Of a DNA stretch of 64,000 bases, positions 45,778 through 53,254 are shown piece by piece. How positions within the stretch are numbered: the stretch's first letter is position 1; each line of letters begins with the position of its first letter. Position numbers and translations under genes: made by a program. The notes below the pieces were generated by a model. It was not told the DNA's origin and ran no database searches. It saw only the letters and a list, made by a program, of their open reading frames with translations. This DNA comes from Alphaproteobacteria bacterium (GTDB taxonomy: Bacteria; Pseudomonadota; Alphaproteobacteria; MPNO01): the NCBI GenBank assembly GCA_964291675.2, contig OZ219866.1, positions 3,072,001-3,136,000 of the forward strand. The letters are read 5' to 3'.

Positions 45778-45806
45778 TTGACATGGGACGCGTTTTGGGG
45801 TAGATT
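45778..45806 (+). promoter_or_regulatory. Sigma70-type promoter
   Basis: TTGACA-N17-TAGATT. Confidence 0.65.
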
Positions 45807-45824
45807 TGCCACGCTCGCGAAATG

Positions 45825-45852
45825 GGGCGCCGGAGATGCCGGCGCCCTTTCT
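45825..45852 (+). terminator. Putative intrinsic terminator
   Basis: GGGCGCCGG-AGATG-CCGGCGCCC followed by TTTCT. Confidence 0.55.
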
Positions 45853-45942
45853 CGCCGCCCGGAACTTCGCCGGGGCGCGGCGCGGGAGCCCGGCGGCGCT
45901 ACTGCGCGAAGGAACGGCCGCCCGTCGTCGTGAGTCCTCGGA

Positions 45943-48822
45943 CTATCCCGGTGCTCCGTGCGCCAGGTTGAGCGCCAGCAGCTTCGCCAGCGCGTTCTCG
46001 TCCGGGATCCCCGCATCCCAACCATAGGCCGCGGCCACGGCGGCATCGAGGGCCGCGTGGGCATCGGCGAGCCATTGCGGGCGGTCGTTGTAGAGGTTGG
46101 TCAGCGTGCGGGCCCTCAGCGCCTTCTCCGCCGCGGCGTTGCGCGGCACCGGGCGCCTCGGGTAGCCGGGAACCGGCTCGTCCACCCACCCCACCCATTC
46201 GGGCGGGTTGAGCCAGCGGTCGCGCAGCTCGACCAGCCGCCGCGCGGCCCCGGCGATGGCGACGGCGCGGGGATCGCCGGCGTAGTCGGCAGCGGGGATG
46301 TCGGGCGAGAGGCCGTCCGGGAACGGGAAGGTCTCGAAGGTGGTGGTCGGGGTGTAGCGCGGATCGTTGCCCTTGCCGAGCCACGTTCCGAGCCGGAGCG
46401 ACCACGCCTCGTGAAACCGGCTGTGCAGGATACCGAAGGTGGTGTCGTCGTCGCGGGCAATCGCGATCGCTGCACTGTCCAAGCAGACGCCGGCATCGAC
46501 CCATACGAACAGCCGGTGTTTGGAGACACGTGGCGTCGCGACAAAGCGTGGCAGACCGTCGAGCGCGCGCCACATGCCCTGTCGCGGCTCGACATGGCGC
46601 CACCAATTGACGCGGTAGGCCTCGCGGCGATTCCGTTGCCGCATCGGGTGGACGTGTTCGCGCGCGTACCGATAGGGCTCCTCGTAGAGCGCGGCCTCCG
46701 CCTCCTCCATGCGCCAGCCGAAATCGACGATCCACTTGCCGGCCGGTCTGCGGGTCAGGTCCATGCCGTTCGCCCAAGGCCTGAGCACGTCGGCGTTCGG
46801 CCGTCCGTTCGGATTGGCCGGAAGGCGCAGCCACGCCCGCGCAAGATCGCCGGGAATGTCGAACGGCCCGCCCTTGGTGTCGCCCATGAAGGCGGCCCCG
46901 ACATTCGCGGGCTGGCGCACGGCCCGCGTCAGGTCGATCCCTGCGCCGCCGCGCCTGGCCGTCAGGTCGGCGTAGATTTCGTCGACGGGCTCGCCGTCGA
47001 GCCGGACCTCGGGCGCGTGACCGTCCCCGGCGCGGGCGAAGCTCACCAGCGAGACCCGTACCGCCGCGCCGTCGATCACCCAGGGCTCGTCGCTCCAGGC
47101 GTCGAAGATCGGGTGTCCCACGGTCGCTGCCTGCAACGCCCGCCGGTTGGCACCGCCGCGGATCGAGTTGGTGGCGACCAGGCCGACCCGGTGCGCCTTG
47201 CCCGTGTCGACATGCTCCCCCGCCTTCACGAACCAGTAGCAGACCAGATCGGCTTCCGGCGGCACGCGGCGTTGGTAGGCCGCGAAGACCCGCGCAACAT
47301 AGTCCTCGCCCAGCTCACCGATCAGGAGCTTCCCGCCGAGGAAGGGCGGGTTGCCGATCACCACGTCGACCTCGGGCCAGCCGGGCTCGCTCCCGTCGGG
47401 CGCCAGGATCGCGTCGCGGCATTCGATGTTGTCGAGCGGCTTGAGGATGGGGTTGCGGGCCTCGGTGAACCCGTTGCGGCGCATCCACTGGATTTCGCCG
47501 ATCCAGACCGACACGCGGGCGAGCTCGGCGGCGTAGGCGTTGACCTCGATGCCCCGGACGTTCGCCGGGCCGGTCGCGGGAAAGCGGCGTTCAAGCCCCA
47601 AGGCCTCCGCTTCAAGCTGTACCCGGTGCTCAATGTCTTTGAGCGCGTGCAGCGCCAGATAGAGGAAGTTGCCCGAGCCGCAAGCCGGGTCGAGCACCGT
47701 GAATTCCTGCAAGCGCTTCAGGAACGCGTTCAGCAAACCTTGCGACGGGCTAATCCTCACGGGTCCTTTCCTGCGGCGTCGCGTCCTCGGCCTTGCCTTC
47801 TCCTCCTTCGCTATAGCGGCCGCGATCTCGGCCTTCGCGGTCTCCCATTCCGCCAGCAGGGGGCGGACGATCACCGGCTCGACGATCCGCATGATCTTGT
47901 CGCGGTCGGTGTAGTGCGCGCCGAGCTGGGAGCGCTTGTCGGGGTCGAGCCCGCGCTCGAACAGGGTGCCGAGGATCGACGGGTCGATCTCCGACCAGTC
48001 GAGCGCCGCCGCCCTGAGCGCCGTGTCGATCTCGTCCCGCTCCAGCGGCAGGGCGGAGTCGTCGTCGAACAGCCCGCCGTTGAACCAGGCGACCGCCTCG
48101 AACCCGATCCGCCCGCCGGACGCCATCGCCCCGAACAGGTCGCGGGCGAGGTCGGCGAATTCTCCCGGCCGCCGGCGCGCGTGTTCCAGCATCCGGGTGA
48201 ACATGTCGTCGGGCAGCAGGCCCACGTCCTCGGCGAACATGCAGAACACCAGGCGGTTCACGAAATGCGCCACCGCCTGCGGGTCGTGGCCCCGGTCGCG
48301 GAGCGATTGCGCGAGCTCGGCAAAGGTTTCCGCGGCGCGCGCGGTCACCGCCTGGCGCGTCTCGCTGGGGCGCAGCCGCTCCGGGTCGGACATCGCCCAT
48401 TTCAGCTTGTCCCGGTTGCCGGGCTCGGCGAGGCCGTCCAGCGCGAACTCGTGCGTCTCGCTCACGCTGTTGGTCCAGTTGGTGCGGATGCGAAACCGCT
48501 CCATGTCCGAGACGATCAGGAGCGGCGGGTTCTCCAGGGCCAGCGCGTATTGCCTGAGCTGGTTGAACGCCGCGTCGAGGTCGGCGAGCTTGCCCTTGTA
48601 CTCCCAGGCGAAGCGGCCCTGCCGCCAGACATCGGCCCAGCCGTCGCCGCCGGTGTCCTTGCGGGCGCCGCGCTCGAAGCAGTAGCGCTCGCCCGTGGGA
48701 TCGGCCTCCGCCGGGGTCGGCTCGCCGAGCAGCCGGCACAGGTCGATGAAGTGCTCCTGCGCCGCCGAGCTCTCCTTCAGCGCGGAGGCGCGCCACTTGG
48801 CGATGAAGTCGCCCGGCGTCAC
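45943..48822 (-). CDS. MmeI-like fused restriction endonuclease / N6-adenine methyltransferase (type IIG/IIL-like)
   Basis: GWADVW..RFAWEYK nuclease motif, FNGGLF, GAHYT, VLDPACGSGNFL, GNPPF, C-terminal TRD with RYTP...FETFPFP; GTG start 48822. Confidence 0.88.
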   Translation of the reverse strand: MTPGDFIAKWRASALKESSAAQEHFIDLCRLLGEPTPAEADPTGERYCFERGARKDTGGDGWADVWRQGRFAWEYKGKLADLDAAFNQLRQYALALENPPLLIVSDMERFRIRTNWTNSVSETHEFALDGLAEPGNRDKLKWAMSDPERLRPSETRQAVTARAAETFAELAQSLRDRGHDPQAVAHFVNRLVFCMFAEDVGLLPDDMFTRMLEHARRRPGEFADLARDLFGAMASGGRIGFEAVAWFNGGLFDDDSALPLERDEIDTALRAAALDWSEIDPSILGTLFERGLDPDKRSQLGAHYTDRDKIMRIVEPVIVRPLLAEWETAKAEIAAAIAKEEKARPRTRRRRKGPVRISPSQGLLNAFLKRLQEFTVLDPACGSGNFLYLALHALKDIEHRVQLEAEALGLERRFPATGPANVRGIEVNAYAAELARVSVWIGEIQWMRRNGFTEARNPILKPLDNIECRDAILAPDGSEPGWPEVDVVIGNPPFLGGKLLIGELGEDYVARVFAAYQRRVPPEADLVCYWFVKAGEHVDTGKAHRVGLVATNSIRGGANRRALQAATVGHPIFDAWSDEPWVIDGAAVRVSLVSFARAGDGHAPEVRLDGEPVDEIYADLTARRGGAGIDLTRAVRQPANVGAAFMGDTKGGPFDIPGDLARAWLRLPANPNGRPNADVLRPWANGMDLTRRPAGKWIVDFGWRMEEAEAALYEEPYRYAREHVHPMRQRNRREAYRVNWWRHVEPRQGMWRALDGLPRFVATPRVSKHRLFVWVDAGVCLDSAAIAIARDDDTTFGILHSRFHEAWSLRLGTWLGKGNDPRYTPTTTFETFPFPDGLSPDIPAADYAGDPRAVAIAGAARRLVELRDRWLNPPEWVGWVDEPVPGYPRRPVPRNAAAEKALRARTLTNLYNDRPQWLADAHAALDAAVAAAYGWDAGIPDENALAKLLALNLAHGAPG

Positions 48823-49049
48823 GGGCGCGTCCGACCGTCGCGGCGAGGCCGGCGATCGGTGTCCCAGGTGATGCCGGGGTTTGCATTGCTCAAGCCGAGC
48901 CCCACCGTCTCGCGCTCCTGCCGTGCCGCGTGCCGCGCAAAGGGTATAGCCGGCGCCGTGATGGCTCAAACGGCCAAGCGGGGCGGATGGCTCGTCTTTG
49001 CTGATGAAATGCTGCCCGCTCGACCGCGACGCCAGGCGGGCAGGCCTGC

Positions 49050-49391
49050 TTAGTCGAAGGCGCGGAGCAAGGTGATGCGCACCGCTACTGGCCCGAGATC
49101 CGTTGCCGCTTCGACGATCCGACTCTCGGGATCGCGGGGGAAGGAGCACCGAGCATCGAACTTGAGGCCGCCCGGCCCGGCCATATGGCCCTGGACAACC
49201 TGCACCCCTTCCGGAACCGATACGACGACTTCCATGTCGAGAAGCTGCGTTTGCTCGTTCCAGCGGTAAGTGCCGTCGTAGCGTCCGCCCGCCCAATCGG
49301 CGCCGACCACTGCGCCGGTGTCTAGCGCCAGCAGAGCGAACCCGGAATCGGCCTGCCCCGCATATTCAACCTTGTAGAACCCCTCCCGCAT
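49050..49391 (-). CDS. Small beta-rich protein, GrlR-family-like
   Basis: MREGFYKVEY...G.VVGAD..G.YDGTY resembles GrlR-family N-terminus (recall); GGAG upstream of ATG. Confidence 0.5.
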   Translation of the reverse strand: MREGFYKVEYAGQADSGFALLALDTGAVVGADWAGGRYDGTYRWNEQTQLLDMEVVVSVPEGVQVVQGHMAGPGGLKFDARCSFPRDPESRIVEAATDLGPVAVRITLLRAFD

Positions 49392-49473
49392 GGGCGCGCT
49401 TCTCCGTGAATTAGAAATGGCATTGGGCGGTGGAAGGGGCCGCGCGGCTGTTGGGTTGTCAACCAATTTCCGG

Positions 49474-49492
49474 TTGTCGAAGAACTCGACAA
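49474..49492. promoter_or_regulatory. Inverted repeat, putative operator between divergent islet genes
   Basis: TTGTCGA-AGAAC-TCGACAA; also GGTTG-T-CAACC at 49454-49464. Confidence 0.45.
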
Positions 49493-49640
49493 AAAGCTGT
49501 CGGACCGCGGTGCCGGTCGCCCTCATCGCGCCGCCTGATAGACGCGGCAAGGGCGCCTCGCCACGATGGAGGATCGGGTCGGCTCCATCGTCAGCGACCG
49601 GCCCGCTTCGCATACGTCGGAGAAAACAGAGGAGCAACGC

Positions 49641-50306
49641 ATGAAGGCCGTCCGCCTGTCGCGCAACCTTGTCGTGGCGATCGCATTGGTGGTCTCCCTC
49701 GGCGCCAACGTGACACTGTTCGTCGGTGGGGTGCTGTACAGCGTCGTCGATCAGCTCGTGGACCAGGCGTTCGACCTCGATACCCCGTGGGGAAAGCAGC
49801 GCAGGGCCGTGGCCGAGTTGAAAAAGGAAAACGACGGTCTGCGAACCGAGAACCGCAAGCTGCGGGGTCAACTCAAGAAAGTCGGCAAGGCCGCGGACCG
49901 GTCCCGGACCCGCCTGCTCAGATCGGCAAGTCGGAGCGTCGCGACGGCGCCGGCGAAGGCGCTGCCCTACGCCGGCGCCCTCGTCGTCGCCGGTCTCACT
50001 GCGATGGAAATCAGGGACCTTTGCGACGCCATGAGCGATATGGACCGCATCAAGCGGGTGGTCGATGACCCGGAATCAGAGACCGAGAGCGAGCCCGCCG
50101 TTTGCCCGGTGCCCGTGCCGTCGCGAGCGCGGCTCCTTGAGCGGATCGAAGGGTCCGCCCAGCAGGCATGGGACGAGAGCACGAAATACGTTCCCGATTT
50201 GCCCGGTTGGAACGACATTCCCGACTCATGGCGAGACGCTTTGCAGAACACCGTTCCCGGCTTCTTGCGGGACACTTGGGAACGCCTGAAACGCCTGTTG
50301 CCTTGA
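49641..50306 (+). CDS. Hypothetical membrane-anchored coiled-coil protein
   Basis: GAGGAG RBS; N-terminal TM, heptads ELKKENDGLRTENRKLR, second hydrophobic segment. Confidence 0.6.
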   Translation: MKAVRLSRNLVVAIALVVSLGANVTLFVGGVLYSVVDQLVDQAFDLDTPWGKQRRAVAELKKENDGLRTENRKLRGQLKKVGKAADRSRTRLLRSASRSVATAPAKALPYAGALVVAGLTAMEIRDLCDAMSDMDRIKRVVDDPESETESEPAVCPVPVPSRARLLERIEGSAQQAWDESTKYVPDLPGWNDIPDSWRDALQNTVPGFLRDTWERLKRLLP

Positions 50307-50465
50307 TCCGTACGCGCCCCCTTGGGCTATCTGATACCCCCCGCCCCTGTACCCCCGCAGTCGAACGGCGCCATTTTGGCAACCCTCCCCGCCGGCCTTG
50401 GTGACCCGGTGGCGACTCAGGCTCCCGCCCGAGTCACCCTATTTCCCCTAACCCCTTGAAAAGCC

Positions 50466-50541
50466 TGGTGCCGGATGAGGGATTCGAACCCCCGACCTGC
50501 TGATTACAAATCAGCCGCTCTGCCGACTGAGCTAATCCGGC
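50466..50541 (-). tRNA. tRNA-Thr(TGT)
   Basis: GCCGGATTAGCTCAG...CTGATTTGTAATCAG...GGTTCGAATCC...ATCCGGCACCA cloverleaf. Confidence 0.96.
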
Positions 50542-50641
50542 GACCCGGCGACAGATAGCGCCGTCGCGGGCTGCATTCAAGCGCCGTCGCGGCTCTGCTA
50601 GGTTGCGCGCGGAGAGTTGCACGAGGCAAGGGGGAGCAGCC

Positions 50642-51751
50642 ATGGCGATCGTCGTCCGCAAGGTAGCGATGGAGCATGTCCAGGACACCGCCGGCATCGA
50701 GGCGGCGATGGCCGACGAGGGGTTCGGCGTCGACGACATCGTCGCCCTGGTCGCCAAGACCGAGGGCAATGGCGGGGTCAACGATTTCGGCCGCATCCTG
50801 GTCGACCGGATGCTGCGCGACTTCCTGGCGCGCCAGGGCAGCGGCGGGCGCGAGGCGGCGATGCGCGTGCCCATCGCGCTGTCGGGCGGGTGTCCCGGCG
50901 TCATCTCGCCGCATATCAACGTGTTCGCCCGCGTCGACGATCCCGATCCAGACCCGGAGGCCGAACGGCTGGCCATCGGCATCGCCATGTCGGAAGCCAT
51001 CGCGCCCGAGGACATCGGCCGCCCCGCCGGGGTCGAGAAGGTCGCCGGCGGCGTCCGCCTTGCGATGCGGGACGCCGGCATCGAGGATGCGTCGGACATC
51101 CACTACGTCCAGTCCAAATCCCCCCTGCTCACCACCGAGACCATCGCCGACGCCAGGTCGCGCGGGCATAGCGTGGCCACCGAGGAGACCATGGAATCGA
51201 TGTCGATCGCCAACGCCACCGCGGCGCTCGGCATCGGCTACGCGCTCGGCGAGATCCCGATGCCGCGCGAGGACCAGATCGGCCGCGATTTCGATCTCTA
51301 CTCCTCGGTCGCGTCGTGCTCCAGCGGCAACGAGCAGGTGGAGGCGCAGATCGTCGTGGTCGGCAACCGCAAGGGCGCCGGCGGGCGGTTCCGCATCGGC
51401 CATTCGGTGATGAAGGACGCGATCGACACGGACGGCATCTACGAGGCGATCCGCAGCGCCGGGCTGCCGCTCGGCGACCGGCCGCGCCCGTCGGATCTCG
51501 GCGATGCGGTGGTCAACTGCTTCGTCAAATGCGAGACCGACCCGACCGGGCGGCTGCGCGGCAGGCGGCAGGTCTCGCTCAACGATTCCGACGTCCACCA
51601 CACGCTCACGACCAAGGCGACGGTGGGCGGGGTGGTGTCCGCCGCGCTCGGCGATCCGGCGGTGTTCGTCTCGGTCGCGGCGTTGCAGCAGGGGCCGGCC
51701 GGCGGCGGCATGGTCGCCGCCATCGTCGACATGGACAAGGCGACCGCCTAG
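50642..51751 (+). CDS. Ring-opening amidohydrolase, cyanuric acid hydrolase/barbiturase family (barbiturase-like clade)
   Basis: KTEGNGGVNDF, SGG, KSPLL, SCSSG, RIGHSVMKD, FVSV..QGP.GGG. Confidence 0.9.
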   Translation: MAIVVRKVAMEHVQDTAGIEAAMADEGFGVDDIVALVAKTEGNGGVNDFGRILVDRMLRDFLARQGSGGREAAMRVPIALSGGCPGVISPHINVFARVDDPDPDPEAERLAIGIAMSEAIAPEDIGRPAGVEKVAGGVRLAMRDAGIEDASDIHYVQSKSPLLTTETIADARSRGHSVATEETMESMSIANATAALGIGYALGEIPMPREDQIGRDFDLYSSVASCSSGNEQVEAQIVVVGNRKGAGGRFRIGHSVMKDAIDTDGIYEAIRSAGLPLGDRPRPSDLGDAVVNCFVKCETDPTGRLRGRRQVSLNDSDVHHTLTTKATVGGVVSAALGDPAVFVSVAALQQGPAGGGMVAAIVDMDKATA

Positions 51752-51760
51752 GCCGCCGCG

Positions 51761-53254
51761 ATGGCGACCGAGACGCTGCTGCGGCGCGGCCTGTTCCGCG
51801 ATTCGGTCGCCCTGATGCAGCTCGCCGCCGCGCTCGAGGCCGAGCCGGGCATCGCGCGCGCCTCGGCGGCGATGGCGAGCCCCGCCAATCTGGCCATGCT
51901 GGCGGAGAGCGGCGTCGCCCTGGACGCCGTCGAGGCCCGGGCCAACGACCTCCTGGTGGCGGTCGAGGGCGAGGACGCGGACGCGCTCGCCGCCGCGCTC
52001 GAACGGGCGGCGGCGATGCTGGACGGCGGGACCCGGCCGGATGCCGCGCCCGGCGGAGAGGCCGCCCCGGCGCGGCCGCGCAGCCTCGCCGAAGCCGTCG
52101 ACGCGGCGCCGGATGCGACGCTCGCGCTGATCTCCTGCCCCGGCGAGTACGCGGCGGCGGAGGCGATGAAGGCGCTCCGGCTCGGGCTCGACGCGATGGT
52201 GTTCTCCGACAACGTCTCGCTGGAGGACGAGGTCGCGCTCAAGCGCGAGGCGGAGCGGCGCGGCCGGCTGCTGATGGGCCCCGATTGCGGCACCGCCATC
52301 GTCGGCGGGGTGCCGCTCGGCTTCGCCAACCGGGTGCGGCAGGGCGCCATCGGCATCGTCGGCGCGTCCGGCACCGGGCTGCAGCAGGTCGCCTGCCTGG
52401 TCGACCGCCGCGGGGCCGGGATCTCGCATGCCATCGGCGCCGGCGGGCGGGACCTGTCCCGCCAGGTCGGCGGGACGACGACGCTGCGCGGCCTCGCCAT
52501 GCTGGCGGCGGACCCGGGGACCGACCGCATCGTCCTGGTCTCCAAGCCGCCCGACGAGGCGGTGATGCGCCGCCTGCTCGACGCCGCCGGCGCGGCGGGA
52601 AAGCCGGTAATCGCCTGCTTCGTCGGCGCCCGGCCGCCGGAGCTCCCGGCCAATCTGCGGTTCGCGGCGACGCTGGAGGACGCGGCGGCGCTGGCGGCCG
52701 GCACCGCCGGAGCCGCCGGCCCCGGCGCCGATCCGCCGGTGCCGCGCGCTTGCGGGCCGGGCCGGCTGGTCGGGCTGTTCTCGGGCGGTACGCTCTGCTA
52801 CGAGGCCCAGGCGGTCGCGGCGCCCCTGCTCGGGCGGATCCTGTCCAACGCGCCGCTCGATGCGCGCGATGCCTGGGACGGCGAGGCGGGCGGACACCTG
52901 ATGCTCGATCTCGGCGACGACGCCTTCACCCGCGGCCGGCCCCACCCGATGATCGACTACCGCCCGAGGCTGGTGCGAATCCGCGATGCCGCCGCCGCGC
53001 CCGGCACGGCGGCGATCCTGATCGACGTGGTTCTCGGCTGCGGCGCGCATGGCGACCCGGCGGCGGCGCTCGCGCCGGCGATCGGCGCCCTCGACGGCCC
53101 GGTCGCGGTGGGCTCGGTGTGCGGCACCGAGGCCGACCCGCAGCGCCTCTCGCGCCAGGAGGCGGCGCTCGCCGACGCCGGCATGGTGCTCGCCGCGAGC
53201 AATGCGGAGGCGGCGCGAATCGCCGCCCGAATCGCCGGCGGGGGCGGGGCGTGA
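51761..53254 (+). CDS. fdrA: FdrA/AllF family protein (SucD-like fold)
   Basis: DSVALM, FSDNV, MGPDCGTA, GASGTG, GGRDLS, GLFSGGTL, DLGDD.FT.GRPHPMID. Confidence 0.88.
   Translation: MATETLLRRGLFRDSVALMQLAAALEAEPGIARASAAMASPANLAMLAESGVALDAVEARANDLLVAVEGEDADALAAALERAAAMLDGGTRPDAAPGGEAAPARPRSLAEAVDAAPDATLALISCPGEYAAAEAMKALRLGLDAMVFSDNVSLEDEVALKREAERRGRLLMGPDCGTAIVGGVPLGFANRVRQGAIGIVGASGTGLQQVACLVDRRGAGISHAIGAGGRDLSRQVGGTTTLRGLAMLAADPGTDRIVLVSKPPDEAVMRRLLDAAGAAGKPVIACFVGARPPELPANLRFAATLEDAAALAAGTAGAAGPGADPPVPRACGPGRLVGLFSGGTLCYEAQAVAAPLLGRILSNAPLDARDAWDGEAGGHLMLDLGDDAFTRGRPHPMIDYRPRLVRIRDAAAAPGTAAILIDVVLGCGAHGDPAAALAPAIGALDGPVAVGSVCGTEADPQRLSRQEAALADAGMVLAASNAEAARIAARIAGGGGA

Larger units (their letters stand above)
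45530..50465. mobile_element. Degenerate genomic islet at tRNA-Thr 3' end (no integrase seen; left boundary approximate)
   Basis: Accessory, lower-GC cargo abutting tRNA 3' end; IHF-like TTTCAAGGGGTTAG and GGGGGTAC/GGGGGTAT repeats near tRNA. Confidence 0.5.

Noticed and set aside
45525-45945. Possible second att copy of the tRNA-Thr 3' end, or oriC
   Set aside because: No tRNA-end duplicate and no DnaA-box cluster seen here
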